Source: Marsupella aquatica
Taxonomy: Eukaryota; Plantae; Marchantiophyta
Assembly (NCBI GenBank): GCA_973895155.1
Contig: OZ316892.1
Location: forward strand, 10,926,420 to 10,990,419
Length of the DNA stretch: 64,000 nt
Direction of reading: 5' to 3'
Shown here: positions 1 through 13,300 of the stretch, piece by piece
Position numbering within the stretch: the first letter of the stretch is position 1
How the letters are laid out: each line of letters starts with the position of its first letter
Position numbers and translations under genes: made by a program
The notes under the pieces: model-generated
The model's database searches: none
What the model saw: only the letters and a program-made list of their open reading frames with translations
Told to the model about the DNA's origin: nothing

Positions 1-1989
1 AGTTCTTGCAAATATTATTAAAAATATAGCTAAGATTAATCAAACCCAGCCTGTCTTCCCAACCTAGTCTGTCTAGTTGTCTCACCCCTTAAAAATGCAA
101 GCACCCTGAGTTGGAGTCTAGAGTCTTCACTCTAAATGATTCTAGAGGGTAATTTGTGATTGATAATAATTACTTAGGAGCCTCAATGCCCATTCTGTCA
201 ATGTTAATATGAATGATGACCAAAAAAGTGTATCATGCATGTTTGTATCTACATACAAACATTTTATGGCTCTTTTCACTTACCAAAAAATGGTATTGGT
301 GGGGCCCTAGAGTCATGGTCTAGAGGCTTCACTCTACAAGCCCAGATAGCAAATCTAGGTTCTGCTTACGATTTATAAGAAAGATATTATGTACAAGAAC
401 ATGTGAGTGTGCCCTTAAATGATGTCATGGGGTAAGCTAGTGAAAGATGCATTGTAAAAATACAGGTTCATAACGAGAGCCCTATAATCACTTGGACTGG
501 CCAACTTACTGATGCCATAAATTGTGCAATTGGAAGTCGTTAAAGATCTGGTGCCACCTCTTCTTCAGCCTAAAGTGAGGGCTGATTCTAGCATCCAAAC
601 CTTAAAAAACTTTTTTCATTCTAGTTCTTCACGTTGCCATTGGGGATTTTGCAACATGACACCAATTTGGGTTCTTGTAGGCAATCTTTTGCAACTAGAC
701 ACACATCAATCGAGGCTAATTATATTTCTTCTATATGATTTTTACCAAGGTTGACTACTTTAGGGCAAGTCTAGTTATAAGTATGAATCCAAGCCTTCTA
801 TCATCGTTAAGGTTTCAGTGAAATTGTTCCTATTATACTCATAAGTATCCCAGTAGTATATTCTTTCAATCAAATTTGAAGACAATAACAATTGCTTATC
901 ACTCAAACCGTGCAGTGCAACATACGTCAACGCTCACAACCCTCTTTCGTCCCGCTTGGCTAAAGACTGACCCCCATGTCATATTAGTGAAATTACAAGC
1001 TCCCATTGCTAGCTTAGCAACCTGGTGGGAGCAATGGGATCCCATCCCAGCTTGTTGATCTGATAAAAATCAGCTGAGTTCATAATTGAAAAATAGACCA
1101 ACGTGCGGGCAGTTTGTTTCTTATGGAACTGACGGCTGTCTACCGTTGAAGACAAAACAAACCCCGCCTCACCCCCCCCCCCCCCCAACGAGGAAAAAAA
1201 CAATGACGGTTGCGATGGGAACAGTTGTGAGTGAGGTTCGGGAGCGGGGGCCAGGTGGGTCTCAAGGTTGCCGCCTTGCCGGCCTTGGCTTTGGGCCAGG
1301 GGCCGCAGCCGGGACTTCGGACGATGAGACCGGTCCGGGCAAGGGACGACCGTAGGGCCCGACATTATTCTCCCAAGACTGGCGAATAGCGTGTACAATT
1401 ACACTATACCAGTGTGCCTGGAATCCTGTATACACATACAGTAAGTAGTAGATAATTATATACAGTAGGAAGGCCAGACCATACGGATAGCCGGACAGTA
1501 CGAAGAGCATACTATCTGTACATCCACAGTACGCGTCGCTAAAGGCTTGGCAACTATACGTGCCGTTTGTTTTCGTTGAGTTGTCTTGGTCAACTTTTAG
1601 AGCTGTAACTAAATAAATAAATAAAACATGTAAGTATATATATAAGTTAATGCCCAGTTTTCTAGGGTGCAGAGTTCCTCCCGACACGGAACTAGACATA
1701 CCAGAGAGCAGCTTGCTACAGGACAGGACTACAGTCGACGTACAGTGGTGAGCAGGAGGAGCAGGAGCTGCTACAGGGGCTGAGCGAATGCAGCAGCACA
1801 GCGGCAAGGCAAGGCACAGTGGTAGCGATGATCAATACCGACGCGAGCGAGCAATTCATTTCCTACAGTAGTAGAGATTGGACATAACTGTCGTACTTTG
1901 GAGACGAGCCCTACACTACTGACGGTAAACAATTCATGCAGCCTGCTGCCGTCGTTGATTTCCCATCCTTCCGTGTACCATCAAGTTCG

Positions 1990-2750
1990 TGCTGTGCGAG
2001 GGAGGCTGGATTGCACATCTAGACAGAATTAAGAAGACTCGGTTATAAAACTGGCCATAACATTCCTTGGAAGTTGCGCAGATTCCACCTTCTGCGCCAC
2101 AAACAGGGCCGTGCGTTCCGGACCCTCTCCAGCCCAGCCGCTTGTTGCGAAGAGCAATATTCAGGAATCTTATCATGTGGATTGGTCCAGTTTCTCCAAA
2201 TCTGCTTGCGGGGTGTCTTGTGTCGGTGGGCCCGTTCGGTTTCTTTTCCCCGTCGACAACGGCTTCCGGTTTCTTTCCGAGTGACTAGTCTGTCCTGCAC
2301 GACACTACCCTCGCTCTGTGCTGCGGATCAATTTTTTTTATCCGGCATCATTCAGGTTGCAATCTCCAGAAGTCTAGAGAGTTTGGGCCCCTTTGTTGTC
2401 GATTTCTTCTGACGTCGTCGTACGTGATAAGCGAGCACCAACCGAGGTTCAGAACTACTGGTCCAATGACTTCATATGGGTAGATTCTCATCACTGCAAA
2501 ATGATTATCTGTTGTTACGAACTCGATGGATTTTGTCCGGGGAGTGTTGAACAATTAAAAGCAGCAGTCACTTGGGCTGGAAAAATCACTCATCATTTCG
2601 CCATGATTTTGACCCCAAGTTGATCCTGCCAAGCCCTAATAACCCATACGTCCAGAAGTTACTGAACTTCTTTCTCCAATGCCTTCCAAGATAGATCTGG
2701 TTTCACTCAAGATCAAATGGGAAAGTCCTAAATATACTCATTATTGGTAT
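1990..2750 (+). pseudogene. Decayed COR-domain fragment of a TORNADO1-like ROCO gene
   Basis: Translation ...GCLVSVGPFGFFSPSTTASGFFPSD*SVLHD resembles the TRN1 COR motif LTPGFFPRLQVHLHN as I recall it; a downstream CPG motif follows. Stops and frameshifts present; boundaries approximate. Confidence 0.45.
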
Positions 2751-3768
2751 AATTGACTGTTGTTGATTCCCGACGACTTTCGTGGGAGCTTAACGGCGGA
2801 AAAGCTCTTGGCTCAACAGATGCACTTTATTTAACAAAGAGTTTATTTCTCTTATTATTAAGGTTTCGCCTGGGTTCAAATCTAGTCTAATTGCATATTC
2901 TTTAGCCAGCGTCGACTCAACTACACTGCTCCTGCGAAACAGTTGAAGGGTAGGGACACGCGGGCTCTTCTCTTTCTTTCCGGTGACTTGCCCGCCAAAG
3001 GGAAAGAAAGGCGACTACTAAGGAGAATTCAAAGGAGGTACGGGCCGCGGGCGGATCAGAAAGGATCACGGACAATTTAGGAGCAGTACCTTACAGTTAT
3101 CCCTTGGTTGTCCTTTAACGTGCTCTTTGTCAGCTCAGCCCAGGCCAGGCCAGGCCGGGGGGGGCCGCGGGGCTGGGTTTGGGCTGGCCGCTTGGCCGTC
3201 CCCTTCCCATGACCGCTCCCGACAACGAGCCCTGAAGCCCTGGCGTTCCTGTCTGGCTGCCCAGCCTGTCGGCCTGCTTCGGTTCTGTTTGAGAGAGCAC
3301 TTACGCGCAGGATTACGTCTGATTGCTGCGACTGTATTAACTTCTCCCCTGTGAGTAAGTGATGAGGCCGTCCGGCCCAACGTTCTCGATATACAGTGGC
3401 GTCCGTGCGTGTAAGTGGCCTGAGTTAATAATAATAAGGTGCAGTCCCGGTCCGGGCCGTGACCGGCGACGGCCACGGAGGGCTTCTGCTGTGATGATTC
3501 TACTGTAGGTGACGGCCGTCCGTTTGCCGTCCTTTTAGGGCTGTCGGAGCTATGGCGGGGGTGCCTACTATATAATTTCGGTCCTGCGAGACATGCTTCC
3601 GTCTTCTTTCGCTCCGCCTTCCTTCGGGGTAAAGAGAGCTTTCGAGGCAAAGTAAGCAAGCGGGCCAGCACTCTTTCTCGGTTTTAGCCGCGAGCTGAGT
3701 GGACTCTGAGACCCGAGCGCCCTGTCTGGATAGACGACTCTTTTGGCCACGTTGTCTTTGTGTTCACC

Positions 3769-3817
3769 CTTTCTCTCTCTCTCTCACTCCCTCTCTCTCT
3801 CGCTCTCCTCCTCTCTA
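3769..3817 (+). repeat. (CT)n microsatellite / pyrimidine tract
   Basis: ctttctctctctctctcactccctctctctctcgctctcctcctctctat, about 200 bp downstream of a ctatataa TATA-like box near 3567. Confidence 0.85.
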
Positions 3818-6800
3818 TGACCTGCCTCTCGATGGTCAGTACGTCGCCACTTGCTTTTGTCTCTCCCGGATACAATTGCTGTGCTTTGATTCGATCGGAT
3901 TGTAGCTTCAAGTCTAGTAGTCAATGTGACCTAGTGAACTGCGCAGAGAACGAAGTACTATCTGGCCTGCCTCCTTGTTCCGCTCTAGGGCTAGTAGGAC
4001 CTAGCAGTGGTTGAATCCGCTGCATCGCGCTGCACTGCGCAGTGGAGTGGAGACGGGATGTGCGCCATAGTTTGATCACTTGTATGACAGCAGTCGAGGA
4101 TGTTTGTCGATATGAGGCTGGCAAGATTTGGCCGAGTAACAATCGGACCGAGCAATTGCCAAGTCGATTGGGTAAGATATGCGCAGCAGCAATTTTTCAG
4201 CGCAGAAGGAATTTCTGATAAGGTCGGGAACTTGCTTGAGATGATACAGCTGCTGCCCTAGCCCTCACTGTTGTACTTAATTCAACGCCGCAGCGGAAGA
4301 GGTTTCAGTTTTATCGATGATTTGAGTTGCGAGTAAGCCAACTCAGACTGAACTTGACGGCCGCAACGAGAGATGTGACTTCGGTCTTTCTCAAACGGTT
4401 GCCCTACCCGGGTTGCTGGAGCATAACATGACAATTGCGGAGATTGTTCTTCCTGCGTCTTGATGTCGAGGAAGGTCCATAGCTAGACAGCCCTACATCC
4501 GTTTTTTGAGTTCTGGTCGAGCTTCCTGTTTCAGGTGTCCGTGGTGGAAGGAAAGGTATCACCTCCCTATGTCCCAATGATATCCCCAGCCCCGTTTTGG
4601 GGTCGATGATCTGTCCGGTCTTCACGTGACGGCAGGCGACTGCCCTCTACGTCTTCTGAACGAGAAATTATTTGCTCCTTTGCAATTTATCACTTGCGAA
4701 TCACGGTTCATTGGAACCAATCTTCTCCTTCAGTTTCTGTTTTGCTGACAGGCATGTGAAGCGAAGGTTGACAGAAAGAAAGGAATCTCTACCTAGTACT
4801 TGGTCAGTTGAAGCTCAACCCTGGGAACTGCAACAGGCTCCAATCGTAAGATCAATCAATTGGAAAGCTGTTCTTCTAGTGTCGCTTGGTTGGTTTAGCT
4901 TTATCGATCAGCCGGCTAACAGAAGTGGTTCATTGCCGTAGTCCACCATCCGTGGTTGAATGTGTACATGTCTTGGTAGGTGACATCTAGTTTCCTTCTT
5001 ATTTTGCCTTGTCACTCCATATGCCTGGGGTCGTAGCATCCTGACGACGGGGCTATTCGAGATCGTAGTGTTCCAGATCGCATACATTGTCTTACTCTAT
5101 GGCCAATCCGCGGGACATTTAAGGTTGATTGGTGCACATCGGGATTTGGTGTGCTGTGTGACGTATAACCGTCTCTATGCACGGATACTCCCGAGGCATT
5201 TAGTTTGTGTGAGTCCCCAAAGACCATGCAACCTCAGCATCTCAGCGAGACCGAGTGTTTGTTAATTAGCCAGGAGATGGAGTTTAAGCTTATCGACCAT
5301 CCACCGATGGAATCCATTGACTGTGCATTGAGATATGGCAGAGCCCCGTTGTGGGGAATGTCGCATGGCCCGAATACATTTGCGGCCAGCGTCTCGTTGT
5401 TGCCTGGTGAATTCGGACCAGGCTTCATTCCCCTCAGCACGGCTCGTTGCGCGAGGCACTTTCATTTACTTCGTGTACATCTCTTGAGGAGAACGACATC
5501 TGCTATGGAACTCGGCGCTGCGATGACTCGACTACTCGAAAGGTGATATAGCTTGGCATTTTTGAGGCTGTATGGAACTACGATAAGTGGAAATTAACAT
5601 TGAACTGGTTCGATGGGATCTGATCCTTACTATCCTTGAAGGGAGGCGCCGCTTCTGTGATTACTGTCTTGTGGCGAAGTTGTTGACTACCGTGAGTAGC
5701 CCGAGGTTCTGCCCTTTCTTTCAATCCTTTGCTTCTTGATCCTGCAACCACTCAATTCTTGATTTAATGTTTCTTGATATGGTTATCGCGCTCTCTCCAG
5801 ATCTTACACACCCTTTGCGATGTCTCGCCTGATTGGAGAGATTGGAGATGTCTTTTGCAACGGAAATCCATGATGTGTCGTCCAGCTGTAGCTTGGTATG
5901 AGCATTATCAAGGTGGAGCTCTACAACGGGGTATTTGTGATCATCTCACATGGGATTTCGGGGTTTTACGCACATCACTGATACCCTGCCAACTCGTAAC
6001 ATTGGCGTCTCAGCTGTTTCCTTTCCAACGAAGATTCTCTTCCTCGTGACTACTTCTCTTGTCTGTATAAAGTTTCGTGGCACATTTTAACTATCTCCTA
6101 TCTATGCCTAGTCTTTCCCTGGGAGTCAATTATTGTCGCTTACGGTATGTACAATACCTTGCGAACCTCGGCTCGTGACTCTCCTGCTCCTATTTTGACC
6201 TCCACGAAAGCGTCTGGCTGGTTGAGAATGTCCACGGTCATTAGTACATGCGCCATGGACGTGCTGTCTCTACTCTTCATACTGCATTGCATGCATTGCA
6301 GGAATGTTCCTACTTCAGCACTGCACGAAGGTTCGTTGGTATATTGAGAGCCATTGTCAATACAATTTGCGATAGTTGTGTCGGAGAGGTAAGAAGCACT
6401 TATCCCGGGGTTTTTATTCGTTCAATTCTTACTTGATTCCGTGACCTCATTGTACTGTTTTCGAGAAGACAGGACGTTGAGAGCAATTTTAGTTATTTAT
6501 CAAAACGGGTTGCCGACTCCAAACAGACTGCTTTCAGAAGATCGTTGGTTGGCACTCCAAGTTGAGATCATCGACGTGCACGTGAGTAGTGAAATATGGT
6601 GGCTGTGGTGGATGTAACCAGTATTTGGAGGTTGAAGGATTATACACGTGAATCAGAAAGTACATGGACTTCCAATCTGACGAGTAATTGCGACACCAGA
6701 TTTGTTAGAAGGCGTGCAGCTTTGAAGCCCTTCCACCACGGGATATCACCAGAACTCGGTGTTGTACTGGTTGTTTGCAGCGGGGTGCGGAACCTTCTCT

Positions 6801-8478
6801 CGTTTATTGTCCAACAGACAGGATATTGTTAGTAGTTCGAAGCCACGGGATATTTTGTCATTTCGCTCTCTTTGATAAAGGTGTTCTGGTTTGAAGAGGT
6901 GATCCACTTTCAGTATTTGACCACATGTTATTACTTACTGCAGGTTTTATTGTTAGGTACTCGTATTTCTTGACACCCCATAGTTCCTTTGAATTCTTCC
7001 CTAACGACCTGCTCTGACATCCTTACAACTTCATTCACCGAATTTGGTAGGTAGAATCTGCTGACGGCTTAACTTAGAAACAAATATGGTCCGTTTTTTG
7101 TGGTGCAGTCGACTGCAATGACTTGGGCATTTCACTTGGGTCTGATGGCGACCACATTTTTTCTCGACCTTCACATTATACAGTATGTACCTGTGAAAGC
7201 AAAATTTGACTACAGTATCCTGCTTGCGCGATAGGAGGTTGACTTGCATTTTCTTCCACTTGCCGTCCCCGAGTTAATACTGAGTACTCCCTATTCCGCT
7301 TATAGGAAAACAGACCAAAATGGTTCAGTGCTGTTAGCTCATGGCTGCGCTTGTCAATGTGCCGCATTCTTCGGGAGATATCCTTTGACGTTTAACCAAT
7401 CCATGATAACAATGTTGGCACTCCAAGGATCACTCCTTCCGTCGTACACTGACCAGCTTCTTTGTGTACAATCCTGCGGTGCCTCTTTTTAACTAGGGTT
7501 GGGGCAGTCTGCCATGTAGATCTCCAACGATCTTCTGGGGAACTCTGATTAAAACCTCCTGAATTACGGACGGCTGGACTAACGGCGAAGTCAGTCCTTT
7601 TTCATATGATACAATTCAAGGTAGCACTGTGTACTCACTGTAGACTCCTTCCAGGGGCTATATTCACTCGTTGTAATGAGAAATTCCAGCTTCAGGTCAC
7701 GAGTCAAACTGTCGTCTGAGTACCTCTGCTTAATATTCAATTTTCCTGGTCCGCTGTGCGGTGCCACAATGCTGTTCGGTTTGGAATATCTTTGCTTTGT
7801 ATTCAATTTTCGTGATCCGCTGCTTGCGGCGCGACAATGCTGTTCGTTTTGGAATGCGTCCCTCTAAATAAAGAGTATTTGCTCGTTTACTATTGATTTT
7901 AACAAGGCTAGTGCGTCATTGGCATAATCCGAATACGAAGAATTGCACATTTTCATATATGCGTGGGCTATGTTTTCGGAAATTCAGTGAAATATGATTC
8001 CCTCGTGTCACTTAGGGGTGAATTTTGCCAATGATCACTATATAGTCTAACCGAAATGATCAGAACCTACTTTTCCAATGGTTGTGATCAACGTTGTCCT
8101 ACTGATTGGAGTCAACTCGATCCAGTCTCAAAATATCTTCAACATCTAAATTATCAATGATCTGCTTGTAGGTTCGAGTAGTTAGTGCATTGTATAACGT
8201 TTTCAATTCCGCCAACGTTGTGAATATACTCTCCTCTGAACTCTACCGAAATGGTCTTTATAATAGCTCAAGCATGTTAGCAACGGATGATTTCTCGCGA
8301 TATATTTTTGCACGTGTTCTCAGAAGTAGAGCTGATGGAATGGCTACGGATTAGGATACGGATTAGGATTAGAGTAAGAAGCCATCTGGAGGTTTTGTAT
8401 TTTTGGATGTGCAAGCACCTGCTATACATCGTGGACAAATTCATTTCTGCGAAAGTCAACGCGTTTCAACTAATCTGG

Positions 8479-8660
8479 ATGGACAAATCAGGTTATGATC
8501 GGATCTCTCTAAATTAGAACTCGCTCGCTGACAGTAGTTCATTTAGAAGCCCATGGTTCAATGTAGTAATCTTGATGGACAAATCAGGTAATCATCAGGT
8601 CTCACCAAATTAGAATTCGCTCGCTGAGAGCTGTTCATTTAGGAGCCCCTGATTGATAGG
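8479..8660. repeat. Diverged tandem duplication, 96-bp period
   Basis: gatggacaaatcagg...aaattagaa.tcgctcgctga...gttcatttag.agccc starts near 8479 and again at 8575. Confidence 0.85.
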
Positions 8661-8922
8661 TTGCACGTTCTTCCTCAGTCTTGCCGACCGTCTTTAGTTT
8701 CGGCGGAGGCCGGCAAGATTGTCTTCATGAATTTGAGCAAACGGGAGTTCCAAAGTCCCTTCGGATCTGAAGGCGATTCTAATCTCCGTACGATCACCAC
8801 ATTTTGACAGTTTTCTTGCAACATTACGAAGTTCAGACTGAAATGTGTACTTTTACTGAGGTTATTTGTGCCTTTCATTGACCTCTCATAAAGTTCACAT
8901 AGTACAGTCTTCCAAGCGTAAG

Positions 8923-9048
8923 ATCTACTACAATATCCGATCTGGTGTTGTTTCAATCTTGTCGTTAGAGTTCCACTTCTTCGTCATCTACTACAATATC
9001 CGATCTGGTGTTGTTTCCATCTTGTCGTTAGAGTTCCACTTCTTCGTC
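8923..9048. repeat. Tandem duplication 2 x 63 bp (1 mismatch)
   Basis: atctactacaatatccgatctggtgttgtttc(a/c)atcttgtcgttagagttccacttcttcgtc at 8923 and 8986. Confidence 0.95.
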
Positions 9049-11149
9049 AAATTGGAACCTGCTATACTTTCCCCGAAAGTAGCAGCGGTGAAGTGGTTGG
9101 CTAGACCGCAATCCATTCCAGCGTCTTGGATAACTGTATGCCGTAAAGCTAATATATATTTGTTGTCATGTAGGCCTTCAATCCAGAGACATCCACAAGA
9201 CATGGATGCCGGTGTCTGATGCTTCTACGATCATAATTCAGCAACGACATTAAAACTAAGCTGGAGACAGGTAGGTCTCGTGTCTAAGGAGGTTGGGGAA
9301 GTAATTTGAATCATTCCCCACTAGTTAAGATGAATGCGATTGACCTCAGCTTTCCTCCAGACTGATGTCAGATTTGTCGGCCGAAGGATCATGTTTGTGA
9401 TGGGCGACTTTTCTTTCCCCATATGTTTGTACCCTTCCTGTAATCCTGAAAATGATCAGGGGGTGAGCGACGTCGACATCATCGTACCATTACAAAACCC
9501 GGTCATGGTGGAAGACACCACGGGACGTACGTTACTGGCTATATATAGGACTTGCTTAATGTAACGACTTCAATACCCAAGCACAGTAGCAACTCCTAAC
9601 TGTAGCCTTGGTTTACGAAGAGTGATCATGCCGATCCTGTTGTTTCTTGCTGTGATACAAAAGCTCCTTCAGACAGTATTGTAGAAGTCCTAATCGACTT
9701 GACATACTTGTCCTACAGTACTTACCGGAGTTTTTCCCACAATCCTGTACTTCTAGCAACAAAAGCAGATCTTATGGCGGGATCCTTACCCAGCGCCAGC
9801 CATTCAAATGTGAGATAGAAAGAACACTATCCAGAGTGACTGAGGTGGTATTGTACCGGAGTTTCCCTTTTATGCTCCTGCTAACTTTGAGGGATGTGAA
9901 GGTTACTGTGTCGACAGTGCATTGCTTTTCGACATCTGAGTTTGAGGAGAGTCAAACATGTGAGCGACCTTCCTCCGGATCCGTTGGGATGGATAGCTCA
10001 GAGCTTGAGCATGTAACTGCTTGTCTACCAGCAGCTTTAACTCTGCGGTGGTCACAGAAATCTCCCAGTTGGAACAGTTCTGTCGTGACGCATGGACCTT
10101 GTAGGTCAGACGGGGAGGACATTGTCTGACGGACAGTATCCTGGGCTCCGTTACTGTAAACAATGAAAATTCTCTAGGGGATCGTGCAGATATTCTTCGC
10201 AAACAGGACCAGCCCCGACCGGAGAAACTAGATTCGCAACGAACTTTTTTCTGCTTAACTTACTACTGGATAGTCCAGTCAGATTATTATTCGGGATCCG
10301 TTTCGCTAATACTACTCCCGTAGCTAGGAATCCATATTACCCAGGTTTTATTTGTTGTACCGTCCTCTCGTCCTCGTACCGTATGTTGCACAGCAATGCT
10401 AGTTTCTACTTTCTTCTCTGCTTCGCCGCTACCTACTCCCCTTTGCTGGTACGTTTCAAAGCTCTTTACACCTGTTGGAGGTGCTCTTCCTCGTTTGATT
10501 CGAATGCACGACGGTCTTAGTGGTCAAACACGATTTTATAGTACGCTTGCCTGGTCGTCCATAAATTTCTCGCTCCTAATAAGCCGCACCTCCAGTCCAG
10601 TCCACAATTAAGGCAAGGAAGGGCGCATAGATTGTGCCATTGTGGGCACTGGGCAGTCTGGATTGTGGGTGATGATGGCACGGCAGAATTTTGTTGTCAA
10701 AGCAATAAATGTATTTTCAGTTGGGCGGTGGGGTGACGATGCGTCCCATGGCACTGCTTCTTGCCGTCCCCCGATTTGCAAGTAGCCACTGTCCTCGTCG
10801 GACGTCGACCGAATGACATTCGTTTATTACTGCTTTTACACGGAACGATCCCTCACCTTTCCCGAACATCAGTTTCCCGCAGTAATTGTCCATGATCTTT
10901 ACTTGAGCACTCATTCTCCACTTATTTCCTCGCCCAACATAATTATTCATATCCCTCAACTGCACGCCCCCCCCCCCCCCCCCTCTTACATCTGAAGTAG
11001 GAATATTACGTAAGTACTCTTCACATTGGTACTGAGGGGAACTTATCCCACTACAGTGTATGATTCTCTTCGTCCTTGTAGAGAACTGCATAGACTGATG
11101 TAGTAGTCCGGCTCCTTTAGACTGAAAGTGCTATCGTTCATCATCATCA

Positions 11150-11960
11150 CCTCGTCCTCCATGCAATTCAATTCCATTCCAAGGCAACATAATTCCCCTA
11201 TCGCGCTCCCTGGACTCCTGTCAGTCGCTGACTTTATATACAGTAAGTGGTGTTCTGTACGACTGATAGTGGGGCCATGCCATGCCATGCCTCGTCCTTT
11301 GTTTGAGCTGGCCAGGTGGGTGTATTCTACGGTGTTCGTTCCACGACTTCGCCAAAGACTTCTTCCAGTTCGTATGACAGTGATTATATTCATGGAGCGA
11401 CCTTAATTGGGCCGCGGTTAAAAATTGTACACCAGGAGTCATGATAGCTTTTCGAGCATGGAGTTACTTCTCCACACCTTACCATCACCGTGATATGGCA
11501 TCCTGGTCCACAAACTATTCACTAAAAATACGTTCAAGGACTTCAAGCAGGAACAGGATTTACCTATTCCAAAAGTAAGAGTCACTGAAGAGCAAGATTG
11601 GCCTGCTAATTTTGATGGATTCGATTTGGACTATGCTATCGAATCTTCAGCTGTAGTGGTCTCACGATTTGCAGAAAAGCAGCACACATACGTAAGGCAG
11701 TTATCAGCTAATCACCTGTAGATAATAGAAACCCCTCATGAATATATAATTTCGGAGTGTCTGTACTATGCCTGTTTGGCAACGAAGATCCGCTGATCCG
11801 CAGACGGTAGCAGAACATTGAAGGTTCTCTCCCGTGTGTCTTCTGATCTTCTGTCTCACTTGGCTTTTGCCCTTGCTACAGGATGTACAGGCTTACGTTA
11901 ACGACGTACGCACGATGTTTGATCATTGAACAACTTTGGCTCTACGTGCATTTGGGGAGA
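11150..11960 (+). pseudogene. Possible further COR-domain remnant (ROCO family)
   Basis: Pieces in TRN1-like order: ALPGLL (cf. LTPGFF), FELA (cf. VELGG), NCTPGV (cf. LCHGV), FKDFKQE..EQDWPANFDGFDL (cf. LQQLKQ..YQHTW..GFDL). Weak by-eye similarity. Confidence 0.35.
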
Positions 11961-12599
11961 CAGAAGAACTGTCCAATATGATTATCATCGCTGTAGTAGT
12001 AAGTCCTGAGAGGCAATTCCAGTGATAACGGACTGGATTAAAGACGCGTTTAATTAAGAAGCTTAAATTAACATCTCCCCTCAAATCAATTAAGTGGAAA
12101 ATATACGTATGGACTTGTCTCTCCCAGTCTCGAGCAATTTGGCACCAAACATCGCCATGTGGAACTGAAGTGTGGTAAGTTTGATCAGAAGTTAGTAGTT
12201 TGGTCGGGTTTGATTATAGGTAATCATCTAATAAAACAAGTCAGTCATTACGAAACTGGGCTTTCTAGAAGATTCTGGCCATGTGCGAATTGCTTTCATT
12301 ATAATCAAATCAAAAGTACATACAATAATATACAGTCACGCAGCGTCATTGTCATTGACGACCCTTGTTCCTTAATTTAGTGCGTGGTCACGTGGCTGAT
12401 CGTAAAACTGATGGGAGCAAACGCACTCTGCTCTTCTTTTAGACTATAAGTAAGATCGTATAATAATAAACCACATTTGGGACGGTAGGTTTGCTCGAGC
12501 ACAGCTGTCTACACTGTAGCATGGACACACGCACCACTAGAGCCTAGAGGGGTTGGGTATAACAGTAGTACCGCCGCCGCTCCTCCCCCTCTGCTGCTT

Positions 12600-13300
12600 C
12601 TGTTCATCAACGGTTGGTTGCTGCATGGGTGGGGCCTCTTGCAACGCGACGGTGAATGAGATCTCCCGGGTTGAATCAGCAGCTAGATCCAACCTACTTT
12701 TCATGAGGCAGACGATTCTCGAGAGAAACATCCCAAACAAAGTAGCTTAGAGCCCGTTAAATCCATCCATTCCCCTGCCCCTAGGCCTTGGCAGGCCCAA
12801 TGCTGTAGTACCACCGCGAGGTTGTTAGCTGTTTTAAGTTGAATGTCCAATGCCCCGACAATGTCATTCCACATCAAGCAATAATCATGACTCTCATCTC
12901 TCACAATCGGATGGGAGCGACCTGATCATCTGAGAGCTCCATCGTTTGGCACACCGTGCCTTGCATCAAATTACCATCATGACCTCCCGTCGCTACCTTC
13001 CATTTCAGGTCGGCGCAAGTCATGTTTCATGATGCTCGTATCATCCTGTGTGAGTACTGTTGCTACTCGTGGTGGTCCGAAACAGCGATAGTGTTGACCA
13101 ATTTCAGAGGCCCAACGGGGGAATCATATTTTCGGGATCTCAATGTCTGGGCCGTGGTCCCGTGGAGTAATCATCGATTTTTATCCGAATCGAACTTGCC
13201 CGGAGTTCATGATTGCGTGCTGTGACTCTGACGGACTCACGGGGCTAAATCAATTTTGATGATCATGACAAAGCTCTGTGATTCTCCTCTGCTTTTCCCT
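12600..13300 (-). pseudogene. Possible RanGAP/TRN1-type LRR remnant
   Basis: Minus frame reads MELSDDQVAPIRL*...NLKQLTTSRWYYSIGPAKA, an LxxLxLxxNxIGxxG-like pattern interrupted by stops. Confidence 0.25.

Larger units (their letters stand above)
4610..10250 (-). pseudogene. Near full-length, heavily degenerated LRR-Roc-COR (ROCO, TORNADO1-like) pseudogene
   Basis: Minus-strand frames give motifs collinear with TRN1 as recalled: LRR-like pieces (LKELL..NNRIG ~9660; IQDAG..LA ~9120); LKLEFLITTSEYSPWKE (~7650, cf. LVLQTIMETLQINPWIE); RSLEIYM (cf. KSCRVFF); HELTALNHFGLF (cf. HEFYSLHDLMF); RYILYNVK (cf. RFIVSNSK); VVREEFKG (cf. LRDKFQG); LTP; KLKLHLL (cf. ALRLHML); PRIGHRV (cf. LKIGAHL); C-terminal LQRSK*F..AVACRHV (cf. 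LWRVRY..IAWICRRH). Many stops and frameshifts. Confidence 0.65.

Noticed and set aside
300-385. Dispersed repeat shared with 31670-31760
   Set aside because: Real but short similarity; boundaries and class cannot be defined.
1262-1807. 181-aa minus ORF and other GC-rich ORFs (3135-3671, 33672-34229)
   Set aside because: Low-complexity composition, no domain recognised; likely chance ORFs.
6330-6360. Integrase-like DNGSQYT peptide on the minus strand
   Set aside because: Isolated, with no other rve motifs, and it lies inside the collinear COR remnant.
7900-8517. Plus-strand NLR-type LRR reading (SLVSLRGEFC, LEVLYFWMC)
   Set aside because: The minus-strand ROCO motifs explain the region in collinear order; no NB-ARC was seen.
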